From assembly GCA_015231885.1 (NCBI GenBank), contig JADGAT010000001.1, positions 27,436 through 91,435 on the forward strand: DNA of 64,000 nucleotides, read 5' to 3'. This document shows positions 29,113 through 38,142 of the stretch, piece by piece. The notes under the pieces were generated by a model. It saw only the letters and a program-made list of their open reading frames with translations. It made no database searches and was not told the origin of the DNA. How positions within the stretch are numbered: position 1 is the stretch's first letter; every line of letters begins with the position of its first letter. Source of the stretch: SAR324 cluster bacterium. GTDB lineage: Bacteria; SAR324; NAC60-12. The position numbers were made by a program, and so were the translations under genes.

Positions 29113-29837
29113 TTTACCTCTCCTATGTTACTGTTTGTTTGGTTCATTGCTACGGTTGCGACTTCATTGCCTGGATTCTTACTGGCTTTCGCCATCCATT
29201 GATCGTAGTCTGCAGGAGTGTGTATAAAAATTCTTGCTCCCATCAGGCCATGTCCAATTCCGCACATTTTGGTACATTGGATATCAAATTCCCCAGTTAA
29301 AGTTGGTTTGAACCAACCCGTAATGATCCTGCCAGGAATGACATCCTGCTTCAAACGAAAAACTGGCACAGAAAAACCATGCAGCACATCTTTGGATTCC
29401 AATTCAAAATGCACCACTTTGTTGACATTCACATGCAATTCATTGACGGTAGAAATGTCATCGGCCGTATTCAATTTGCCATCGGGTCCTTCGTGAATAA
29501 AGATCCAGGACCATTGCTGTCCAATGGCACGTACCTTTTCATCTTCAGCCGGCAAATTTAATTTAATATTGTTCCACACTTTGACAGTGGCTAAATCGAT
29601 CCATATATCGCACATCACCACCAAAGCTAAAGGAACAAAAATCCAGGCTAATTGCTTTTTTGTCTCCCCTGTAATGTAGAGGGCTTTCACTCCTTCTTTC
29701 TTGCGAAACCGAAAAACCAGGTAAAACAAGACAATTTCTGCCAAAATAAACCAAAATCCCACAAGGGAAGTTATTAAATTGAATAAATAATCCACCTCCC
29801 CACTAAAGGAAGCTGCACTCACAGGGAATTCCCACAT
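29097..29837 (-). CDS. ctaC: cytochrome c oxidase subunit II (CuA-containing)
   Basis: Two N-terminal TM helices and a cupredoxin domain. The CuA motif has canonical spacing (H...CTKMCGIGHGLM). There is no fused cytochrome c domain. Confidence 0.85.
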   Translation of the reverse strand: MWEFPVSAASFSGEVDYLFNLITSLVGFWFILAEIVLFYLVFRFRKKEGVKALYITGETKKQLAWIFVPLALVVMCDIWIDLATVKVWNNIKLNLPAEDEKVRAIGQQWSWIFIHEGPDGKLNTADDISTVNELHVNVNKVVHFELESKDVLHGFSVPVFRLKQDVIPGRIITGWFKPTLTGEFDIQCTKMCGIGHGLMGARIFIHTPADYDQWMAKASKNPGNEVATVAMNQTNSNIGEVKWVTP

Positions 29838-29899
29838 TTATAACTCCTATCTATTGGATAAATATACTGTACATGCTTGCATTTTAAGTAAACCGCTGA

Positions 29900-30004
29900 T
29901 CAATGAGCTGCCATGTAGCCGGCGATCATGAACCCAAAACAAGCAATCAACGTGACTATGAAGACTTGTAACGCAAGAACATCTGCTTTATTTGCATCTG
30001 ACAT
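29900..30004 (-). CDS. candidate 34-aa single-TM peptide upstream of coxII (MSDANKADVLALQVFIVTLIACFGFMIAGYMAAH)
   Basis: Unannotated small ORF on the cox strand with an AGGAA motif just upstream. Its size and topology recall small oxidase subunits such as Thermus subunit IIa. This is speculative. Confidence 0.3.
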   Translation of the reverse strand: MSDANKADVLALQVFIVTLIACFGFMIAGYMAAH

Positions 30005-30340
30005 ATCATTCCTATATTTTATTCTAATTTTTGTAAAAAATTGGATTTTTTTGAGTAATCAACAAGGCGGGCGTGTTATGTCGATTACGTTTGAGGATTT
30101 TATCTTACCCGTGACTCACATCAAAAATCTTCAAAAATATGCGGGGCTGTAAATTCAAAGCCATATACATAATGAAGTGAATACAGGAAATCAAGTAATT
30201 ATTTATATTTACTTTATAATGTTCATATATTAGCATCCAATTAAGACGATTCTATTAAATGAGAGTTTTATCCGTTCGCAAAAGCACTTTTCGTGATGAA
30301 GCTACAACCATTTCAACCATTTTTTAACAGAGAAAGCAGA

Positions 30341-30898
30341 ATGTCCAATCCCGTATGTAAAAAAATTCGAGCACTGCGATTGCAGCATAATTTAACCCAG
30401 ATGGAGCTGGCATCAAAAGCTAAAATCCCCCGGGCATCTTTGGCAAACATGGAAAGTGAAAAAGGAAATCCTTCAATCATAGTCGTCACCAAAGTAGCAG
30501 AGGCATTAGGGGTGACAATAGATGACTTAGTTGAAAACAAAGACCACAGTTCTGTTACCAAAGTGAAGCGGGGCGATATGCAAGTGAACCGACAGGATGA
30601 AGGAAAATTTGCGATTACCTTGCTTTCACCATTGAATGCTCCTTATATCAATGTCAATGAAATAAATATGCTTCCGGGATGCTATTCAAAGGGAAAACCA
30701 CACCCTAAAGGAAGTCATGAGTTTTTTTATTGCCTTGAAGGAACTGCGGTTTTAGAAATTCAAGGAGACGCAATAGAGGTAAAGAGTGGAGATCTGGTCT
30801 ACTTCCCAGGAAACTTGCCTCATGTCTATTCTAACCCTGGGATAAAGCCGGTACACGCGGTTGCTGTCGTCAATATTGTGGAGCTTTCAAAAAGGTGA
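30341..30898 (+). CDS. XRE-family HTH + cupin domain transcriptional regulator
   Basis: N-terminal HTH (LRLQHNLTQMELASKAKIPRASLANME) and a C-terminal cupin fold (GDLVYFPGNLPHVYSNPG). Convergent with ctaB, with stop codons 2 nt apart. Confidence 0.7.
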   Translation: MSNPVCKKIRALRLQHNLTQMELASKAKIPRASLANMESEKGNPSIIVVTKVAEALGVTIDDLVENKDHSSVTKVKRGDMQVNRQDEGKFAITLLSPLNAPYINVNEINMLPGCYSKGKPHPKGSHEFFYCLEGTAVLEIQGDAIEVKSGDLVYFPGNLPHVYSNPGIKPVHAVAVVNIVELSKR

Positions 30899-30900
30899 AA

Positions 30901-31821
30901 TCATGCAAAGATCTGCTCCAGAATCATGACAAACCATAAGACAGGAAAATAAACGATAGAAGCAATAAAGACCCTCTTTGCATTGAGTACACTCTTTTCT
31001 TTAAAGAAAAGAACTGTTGTCATCAAAAATAAGCATCCTAATCCTGCGGCACTAACCAAATAAAAAATTCCTGCTTGATTGGTAAAAAATACAGACAAGC
31101 TGGCAATCAAAAGCAAAAGCGTATTGACAAATATCTGGTAGCTCGTTTTTTTACCAGTTGGGTCATCCAGGGAAAGCATCCGAAAGTTTCCGTTTCTGTA
31201 GTCATCACGGTACATCCATGAAATGGCAAAGAAATGAGGAAGCTGCCAAAAATACAAAATAGCAAAAAGGGTCAGTGCTTCCAGTTCCAGAGTTCCACGT
31301 GCCGCAGTCCAGCCCATGAGGGGAGGCAGTGCGCCAGGGACTGCACCAATCCAAGTGTTTAAAACGGTTTTCTGTTTAAGGGGAGTATAAATAAAAAGGT
31401 AAGAGCTCCAGGTCAGAAAACCCAAGATGGTAGTGAGCCAGTTGACCGTCACAGCAAGATAGCTCAATCCTATCAAGGAAATGACCATTCCAAAGCGCAG
31501 TGCTTCATCACTGCTGATTCGCCCTGATGGAATAGGACGATTTTTTGTCCGCCGCATACGAGCATCAACATCCTGCTCGTACCATTGATTCAGCGAGTTA
31601 GCTCCGGCTCCTACACACCCAGTTCCCAACAAAACATTGAACAATAACAAAAAGTTTTGTCCTTGCCAGGAAGATAAATAAAAACCAATACCGGTTGTAA
31701 TCAGAACCAGCATCAATAAACGCAATTTACCAAGTTCCGTATAGTCGGAAAGTTTGTTTCGTCCGGCTGGCACAATAGACTCGAGAACAATCGATTTTTC
31801 TTTTAACATACAACTCACCAA
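30901..31821 (-). CDS. ctaB: protoheme IX farnesyltransferase (heme O synthase) CtaB/CyoE
   Basis: UbiA-family polyprenyltransferase with the NQWYEQDVDARMRRTKNRP motif and about 9 TM helices. Confidence 0.8.
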   Translation of the reverse strand: MVSCMLKEKSIVLESIVPAGRNKLSDYTELGKLRLLMLVLITTGIGFYLSSWQGQNFLLLFNVLLGTGCVGAGANSLNQWYEQDVDARMRRTKNRPIPSGRISSDEALRFGMVISLIGLSYLAVTVNWLTTILGFLTWSSYLFIYTPLKQKTVLNTWIGAVPGALPPLMGWTAARGTLELEALTLFAILYFWQLPHFFAISWMYRDDYRNGNFRMLSLDDPTGKKTSYQIFVNTLLLLIASLSVFFTNQAGIFYLVSAAGLGCLFLMTTVLFFKEKSVLNAKRVFIASIVYFPVLWFVMILEQIFA

Positions 31822-32015
31822 TTCAATCCAAACAGAAATAAAACGTCAGATACAACATGAATATGACAGATAATTCAAGTTATTTTTTTTGGAGGGAGCC
31901 AAATATAAAAAGAAAAATCACTTTAAAGTAGGGAGTGCTTGCAGTTTTGTACATTTATTGAATATAACTTATCATAAGGTCAATCGTTTCGATACCAAAA
32001 AAACTTTTCCATCTT

Positions 32016-33584
32016 TTGAACCGTGACATGAATAACCCTTCGAAACAAAAATATTACCAGCAAATCGCTAATAAAAAACGCGATTTTCCGGCATTAATCA
32101 TCATCAGTGAAAACAGTTGTGTCGTGTATACCCATTGCGGAACAGGACCCAAATATGAGGAAGTCTTCAAAGAATTTGAATCGTTTCATGAGCAAAACCT
32201 TGGTGGATCTCTCCTGGCATCGTTGTCTGAAAATGATCGTACTGCTTTGCAGAACTGGATAGATATTCTCTATGACGAAACCTATGTCGAATTGATGATG
32301 CCGGAAGATATTGTCAAACTGTGCCCCTCATTTTCTCTCACCTGGACAGATGGACAAAACTATGAGGTGCGTTTTGAAGCAATCAAAACCGAAGTCATTT
32401 ATGAGTATGTTCTGGTATGGCTGGAGCCCCATGGACACACTCAGCAGCAGCAACTGGCATCCGATATTATTGAATTGATGGGCGAGTTGAGAGCAGCCCC
32501 ACGAGAGGTGATCAATAATCTAAGAGAATACCTGCCAGAAGTGAATACGAACATCAATTTCGCTAGCTATGCCGATATTGAAGACTCAGAAGAGTTATTG
32601 CATCAACTTTCCCGGCATTTGCACGCAGCAAAGGGGACCACTTTTTTTCTTGGATTTTCCACATTGGGGAATGCATGTCATGGTGCTGAATCGAAGCTTG
32701 GAGAGTTGAGAGGCACATGGCAGCTGTCCGATGGACTGCAGCCGATTCGTGACGTACTCAGCCAATTACAATTGTTATTGAACCTGGCAGAAGGAATCAG
32801 TACAAAAGTATACAACTCTAGCGCAGAATCTGAGGAAGAAGAAATGTCTGTCTCTCGCTCTGATTATTATGAGATATTGGGCAATGCTGCTTTGATTTAT
32901 GAGGAATGGAAACATTTATTTGAAAAAGAAGAAAAACTCGTTCTTTTGATCGATCAACTATATCATGGGTTGATACATCTAGATGCTGTGCCTATTACAA
33001 CCCTTTTTGAAAGATTAAATAGCTCAACAGCTCAACTTTCAAAAGAGCTCGACAAATCCGTGGAATTTTCCGTTGGTTCGAACTCTCCCACGGTACACCT
33101 CCCTCACCGGGTATTAGATGGTTTATGGAATGCCCTCTATCAGGTGTTAAAAAATGCGATCGATCATGGAATTGAAGATCCTCCCACCAGAGCCAAGTGC
33201 AACAAATCTCCTGTTGGACAAATTATATTCACTGTGAACGTAATAGACGAACTGCTCGTCTTACAATTACATGACGATGGTAGGGGAATCAATCCGCAAG
33301 ATATCATTCGAACTGCTGTAGAACGAGGGGTCATTTCCAAGGAAAAAGCAAAGCAACTGGAAGGGTTCGATTCTACAGATGAAATTTACCAATTGCTATT
33401 CTCTCCAGGATTTTCCACACAGAAAGTAGTTACGACCATCTCAGGCAGGGGGGTTGGCACCGATGTCATTCGCGAAGAAATTGAAGAATACTCGGGACAA
33501 ATTTCTATTGTTTCTGAAGTCGGACAGTGGACGGAATTTATTTTGAGAGTCCCCATTGCTCCTAACCACATTGTCGTAGAATGA
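32016..33584 (+). CDS. CheA-like HPt-containing histidine kinase lacking a CheW-like domain
   Basis: HPt-like motif LHAAKGTTFFLGFSTLGNACHGAESKLGEL (compare CheA P1 HSIKGgagtFGf). The C-terminal HATPase_c has G-box motifs (DDGRGINPQDI, GRGVGTDVI). The protein ends right after the ATPase domain. Confidence 0.55.
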   Translation: MNRDMNNPSKQKYYQQIANKKRDFPALIIISENSCVVYTHCGTGPKYEEVFKEFESFHEQNLGGSLLASLSENDRTALQNWIDILYDETYVELMMPEDIVKLCPSFSLTWTDGQNYEVRFEAIKTEVIYEYVLVWLEPHGHTQQQQLASDIIELMGELRAAPREVINNLREYLPEVNTNINFASYADIEDSEELLHQLSRHLHAAKGTTFFLGFSTLGNACHGAESKLGELRGTWQLSDGLQPIRDVLSQLQLLLNLAEGISTKVYNSSAESEEEEMSVSRSDYYEILGNAALIYEEWKHLFEKEEKLVLLIDQLYHGLIHLDAVPITTLFERLNSSTAQLSKELDKSVEFSVGSNSPTVHLPHRVLDGLWNALYQVLKNAIDHGIEDPPTRAKCNKSPVGQIIFTVNVIDELLVLQLHDDGRGINPQDIIRTAVERGVISKEKAKQLEGFDSTDEIYQLLFSPGFSTQKVVTTISGRGVGTDVIREEIEEYSGQISIVSEVGQWTEFILRVPIAPNHIVVE

Positions 33585-33795
33585 AGTTTTCTATTCATGT
33601 CACGAATCAGCATTTCTGCGTTTAACTTTATAAGACTTCCTTATTTACCCTGAACTTTCACCTCAACTTCAGATATTTTTTCTATTGCTTCTTTGCCAAT
33701 GTTCCGCTAAAAATCATATGCTTATTATCAAAATAAATTTGTAATTTCTTACTGAGAAATCAAAAAAATATATTCTGCATACGTAAGGAGGATGA

Positions 33796-34320
33796 GTGTT
33801 TTCCCCAGAGGGACAAAAAAAAGTAAATCATCTACTCAGTCGCTATCCAGTCAAAGCCAATGCATTACTGCCTGTCCTACACCTAGCCCAAAAGGAAAAT
33901 AAAGGTTATTTAACTCCCGAATGGCTCGAGCATGCTGCCAAATTGTGTGAAGTTCCATTAGCTCATGTCGAGGGAGTAGCAACATTTTATACCATGTTTA
34001 AATTTCGTCCTCTTGGTAAATACCACCTTCAGGTTTGTACTAATGTTTCCTGCACACTGTGTGGCGGATCAGAGATTTTAGAGCACCTGGAAGAACGTTT
34101 GAATGTTCATGCAGGACACACAACAGAAGATGGACAATTCAGTCTAGAAGAAGTGGAATGTTTGGGGGCTTGCGGTTATGGGCCTGTTGTCATTGTCAAT
34201 GAGGACTATCATGAGCACCTTACCATTGAAGAAATGGATGCAATGATTGATAAACTGGCAAAGAGTACCGAAGAGTGGCCTGAACGGATCCTCCCCATCA
34301 CTGGAGCATCGTCTTCATAG
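33796..34320 (+). CDS. nuoE: NADH-quinone oxidoreductase subunit E (24 kDa)
   Basis: Thioredoxin-like [2Fe-2S] cysteine motifs (CTNVSCTLCG...CLGACGYGP). GTG start with an AAGGAGG RBS. Confidence 0.85.
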   Translation: MFSPEGQKKVNHLLSRYPVKANALLPVLHLAQKENKGYLTPEWLEHAAKLCEVPLAHVEGVATFYTMFKFRPLGKYHLQVCTNVSCTLCGGSEILEHLEERLNVHAGHTTEDGQFSLEEVECLGACGYGPVVIVNEDYHEHLTIEEMDAMIDKLAKSTEEWPERILPITGASSS

Positions 34321-34363
34321 ACTTGCTTGTGTTGACTAATTTACAACAGTTGGAAAGTTTCCC

Positions 34364-35620
34364 ATGTTACAAGAAACACTTGTTCTGTTTAAAAATGTAA
34401 GAAAACCCGGGTACAAAGGCAACTTAGCCAGTTATAAAGCAGAAGGGGGCTACTCTGCTCTCAAAAAAGCATTGAAAATGACGCCGGAAGAAATTGTGAG
34501 CATTGTCAAAGAATCCAATGTTCGCGGCCGAGGCGGTGCTGGATTTCCGACAGGCCTCAAGTGGAGCTTCATGGCAAAAAATACAGGAAAACCCAGTTAT
34601 CTGATTGTCAACGCAGACGAAGGAGAGCCTGGTACCTTCAAAGATCGTGAAATCATGCTCAAAGATCCACACATGTTTCTCGAAGGATACATGATTGGAT
34701 GCTATGCCTTGGGTTGCCATCATGGTTATATTTATGTTCGGGGAGAATTCGTCCCAGCCATGAAACAACTGCAGAAAGCCATTGATGAATGCTATGAGGC
34801 CGGACTTCTTGGTCCTTCTATGTGGGGTTCTAAATTTCCTCTGGACATGACCATTCATCCTGGTGCTGGAGCCTATGTTTGTGGAGAAGAAACAGCATTG
34901 CTGGATTCGTTAGAAGGAAAGCGGGGCCAGCCTAGAACCAAACCGCCATTTCCTGCGGTTGCCGGGTTCAACGGATGCCCAACAAGTGTCAATAATGTAG
35001 AAACCATCACCGCTGTTACCTCCATTATCAATGATGGTGCAGAAGCATTTAAAGAATTGGGCACTCCAAATAACTCAGGAACTCACTTGGTCAGTCTCAG
35101 TGGACATGTTAACAAGCCTGGAGTCTACGAATTACGGATGGGAGTTTCTTTAAAAGATATCATTTATGATTTAGGAGGGGGCATTAAAAATGGAAAGAAG
35201 CTCAAAGGCGTCATTCCAGGAGGTTCTTCTACTCCCGTCCTGCTGCCGGAAGAAATTGACATCCCTTACGATTTTGACTCCTTGATGAAGGTTAAAAGTA
35301 TGATGGGATCTTCCGCCATTATGGTGTTTGATGAGGATACCGATGTAGTCAAACTTCTGCATCGGATGGTACGATTTTATAATCACGAATCATGTGGACA
35401 ATGCACTCCATGTCGAGAAGGAACCCATTGGAGCAGTATGATTTTACGGGACTTTGTGTACAAACAAGGCTCTGCTGCAAAACTGGATCGTTTGAAGAGA
35501 GTCAGCGGCAATATCCTCGGTGCTACTTTATGTGCCCTCGGAGATGCGTGTGCCATGCCGATTCTATCCTTTATTGAAAAATACCCTGAAGAATTCCGTG
35601 CCTATTTTGCGGATGCTTGA
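34364..35620 (+). CDS. nuoF: NADH-quinone oxidoreductase subunit F (51 kDa)
   Basis: FMN/NADH-binding GRGGAGFPTG motif and the C-terminal [4Fe-4S] motif ESCGQCTPCREG. Confidence 0.9.
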   Translation: MLQETLVLFKNVRKPGYKGNLASYKAEGGYSALKKALKMTPEEIVSIVKESNVRGRGGAGFPTGLKWSFMAKNTGKPSYLIVNADEGEPGTFKDREIMLKDPHMFLEGYMIGCYALGCHHGYIYVRGEFVPAMKQLQKAIDECYEAGLLGPSMWGSKFPLDMTIHPGAGAYVCGEETALLDSLEGKRGQPRTKPPFPAVAGFNGCPTSVNNVETITAVTSIINDGAEAFKELGTPNNSGTHLVSLSGHVNKPGVYELRMGVSLKDIIYDLGGGIKNGKKLKGVIPGGSSTPVLLPEEIDIPYDFDSLMKVKSMMGSSAIMVFDEDTDVVKLLHRMVRFYNHESCGQCTPCREGTHWSSMILRDFVYKQGSAAKLDRLKRVSGNILGATLCALGDACAMPILSFIEKYPEEFRAYFADA

Positions 35621-35642
35621 TCATTAAATTGAAGGAATTGTA

Positions 35643-37235
35643 ATGCCGACATTTTATCTCGATGACAACCCTATAGAATTCGAGCCTGGTGAAAAGGTTC
35701 TGGCTGCTGCGCTGCGATCAGGATTTCATATTCCTCACTATTGTTACCATCCTGCGTTGTCTATTGTTGCTACCTGCCGAATGTGCCTTGTTGACGTAGT
35801 GGACATGGGAAATGGTCGTCCTGCCCCCAAGCTGATGACCTCATGTTCTATGGATCCTGCCGATGGTATGAAAATCGAGACAAAAAATGAAAAAGTGAAA
35901 GAAGCTCGAGAGTTGGTAATGGAATTTTTACTGGTCAATCATCCTTTGGATTGTCCGATCTGTGATCAAGCAGGAGAGTGCACACTGCAAGACTTTTCTT
36001 TTGAGTACGGTTCTGGCTCTTCAGAAATGGAATATTCCAAACGTGTCTATGGGTGGCGTGATATTGGTACGTTTGTGATGTTGGAACGGAACCGCTGTAT
36101 CCACTGTACCCGTTGCCACCGTTTTACGACAGAGGTTACCGGAACCCATGAATTTGGAACATTCAACCGTTCTCATCAATTGACGGTAGATACGTTTACG
36201 GATCGCCCGATGACAAATAAGTTCCAGGGAAATATGGCCGATATTTGTCCGGTCGGATGCATCACAGAGCGTGAATTCCGCTTCAAACGCCGTGCATGGA
36301 AACTGCAAAAAACAAACTCCATCTGTACCCACTGCTCCACGGGCTGCAATATCACGGTAGAGCAAGACCAAAACACGGTATTTCGTTTGAAGCCTAGAGA
36401 AAATCAAGAGGTTAACCAGTGGTGGATGTGTGATGATGGCCGTGTTAGCCTTCGCCAGTTCAACAACAAGAAAAACCGAATCATGCAGCCGATGGGACGT
36501 GTGCAGGGGACTCTTGTTAAAGCCAGTTGGGAACAAATCTATGAGGCCATAAAAGACAAAGTGAAACAATTGGCTGTCAAAAAAGATGAAGTTGTGGCCA
36601 TTACAGACACACATGCCAGTAACGAGGAATTGTTTTTGTTGAAAAAACTGCTCCACGATGTTTTTAGCTCAGAGCATGTTTTCTTTCCGCTCCGTCTCTG
36701 GGCACAACCCGATTCTCCTAATTTTATTGATACATTGATTACAACAGACAAAAGCCCGAATACAGCAGGAGCAATCGCACTGGGAATAAAAGGCAATGAG
36801 GATGATAGTGCTCTCAAACAAGTGCTGAGTGAAAAAACCAAGCTCGCTTTTGTGTTGGGCAATCCGTTGGGCAAAGAATCTGAAATTTATGATTTGGTAT
36901 CGAAAGCAGACCTGATCATTTGTATTGGTACAGTTCTTAATGAGTGGGCAGAGCGCGCAGATGTTCTGCTGCCGGGCTCCACACCTGTGGAAAAAGAGGG
37001 GACATTTATCAATAAAAATCACCGGGTCCAAAAAATCAATGCTGCCGTTAAAGCTCCCCGGCATGCTAAAGCCGACTGGTTGATTCTACAGGAGTTGATT
37101 CAATCTTTGGGAAAACAATCAACATTTCAATCGACATCTGAAATTTTTAATTCCCTGGCCACCACATTAGAAACATTTCAAGGGTTAACATTCGAAGATG
37201 TGGGCGATCTTGGCTGCTCACTCCCGGCCACATAA
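35643..37235 (+). CDS. nuoG: NADH-quinone oxidoreductase subunit G (75 kDa, short 530-aa form)
   Basis: N-terminal [2Fe-2S] and [4Fe-4S] cysteine clusters (CRMCLVDV, HPLDCPICDQAGEC, CIHCTRCHRF) plus a molybdopterin-like region. AAGGAA RBS. Confidence 0.85.
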   Translation: MPTFYLDDNPIEFEPGEKVLAAALRSGFHIPHYCYHPALSIVATCRMCLVDVVDMGNGRPAPKLMTSCSMDPADGMKIETKNEKVKEARELVMEFLLVNHPLDCPICDQAGECTLQDFSFEYGSGSSEMEYSKRVYGWRDIGTFVMLERNRCIHCTRCHRFTTEVTGTHEFGTFNRSHQLTVDTFTDRPMTNKFQGNMADICPVGCITEREFRFKRRAWKLQKTNSICTHCSTGCNITVEQDQNTVFRLKPRENQEVNQWWMCDDGRVSLRQFNNKKNRIMQPMGRVQGTLVKASWEQIYEAIKDKVKQLAVKKDEVVAITDTHASNEELFLLKKLLHDVFSSEHVFFPLRLWAQPDSPNFIDTLITTDKSPNTAGAIALGIKGNEDDSALKQVLSEKTKLAFVLGNPLGKESEIYDLVSKADLIICIGTVLNEWAERADVLLPGSTPVEKEGTFINKNHRVQKINAAVKAPRHAKADWLILQELIQSLGKQSTFQSTSEIFNSLATTLETFQGLTFEDVGDLGCSLPAT

Positions 37236-37256
37236 CTCAAATACAACGGACTCCAT

Positions 37257-37763
37257 ATGCTGTTTACTTTTTATCTTTTTGCCGTGATCGCAGTTGCCAG
37301 TTCCTTGGGGGTACTGATTTGCAGAAACCCCATTTATAGTGCCATGTCCCTCGTATGTACCTTCTTTTGCTTGGGAGTGATTTACATACTGCTCAATGAA
37401 GAATTTGTAGCAGTGATACAAATCTTGGTTTATGCAGGTGCAATACTGGTTCTGTTTCTATTTGTCATCATGCTTCTCAATATCACTCCGGATGGCGAAT
37501 TGTTTCGATTGAATATACCAAAAGTCATTGGCATTGGAATTACTATCGGATTCCTTGCACAAATCATTGGTTTGTTTTTGAGTGGTCTCCAGTATGGACC
37601 AAAGGACATCTACACCGTAGAAAAATTGACTGAAGAAGGTTCAATTGCCGTAATTGGACGCCTGTTGTATGGAGAGTATGTACTTCCTTTTGAAGTGGTA
37701 TCTCTCTTGCTTCTGGTTGCCGTGATTGGTGCCGTCATAATTGGTAAACGCCGTTTAGACTAA
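37257..37763 (+). CDS. nuoJ: NADH-quinone oxidoreductase subunit J
   Basis: Five-TM hydrophobic ~168 aa protein in the conserved position between G and K. Confidence 0.7.
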   Translation: MLFTFYLFAVIAVASSLGVLICRNPIYSAMSLVCTFFCLGVIYILLNEEFVAVIQILVYAGAILVLFLFVIMLLNITPDGELFRLNIPKVIGIGITIGFLAQIIGLFLSGLQYGPKDIYTVEKLTEEGSIAVIGRLLYGEYVLPFEVVSLLLLVAVIGAVIIGKRRLD

Positions 37764-37773
37764 GGAAATTCTG

Positions 37774-38076
37774 ATGATTCCTACACAACATGTTCTCATT
37801 CTCAGTGCTGTTTTGTTCACAACAGGTGTACTGGGGGTCATGTTGCGACGCAATGTGATTGTAATATTCATGAGCATTGAATTGATGCTCAACGCCGTGA
37901 ATCTTTCTTTTGTTGCTTTTGCCAGAGCGCTGGACTCGATGACAGGTATCATTTTTATCTTTTTCATCATCGTAGTTGCTGCTGCAGAGGCAGTGGTTGG
38001 CTTATCCATCATTCTATCCATCTATCGCAATCAAAAAACTCTGAATGTGGATGAATTCAACTGGCTCAAATGGTAA
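37774..38076 (+). CDS. nuoK: NADH-quinone oxidoreductase subunit K
   Basis: 100 aa, three TM helices, conserved Glu residues ([19 protein letters not shown]). AAGGAAA RBS. Confidence 0.85.
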   Translation: MIPTQHVLILSAVLFTTGVLGVMLRRNVIVIFMSIELMLNAVNLSFVAFARALDSMTGIIFIFFIIVVAAAEAVVGLSIILSIYRNQKTLNVDEFNWLKW

Positions 38077-38142
38077 TTGCCTTCCAGTGGCACAGGCGGC
38101 TGAAAACAAACACTCAGACCATTATTTCCAGGAGAAATGTAT

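Noticed and set aside
35643-37235. nuoG as a truncated pseudogene
   Set aside because: Although short (530 aa), the ORF is uninterrupted and retains all N-terminal Fe-S cysteine motifs. Short NuoG forms exist.
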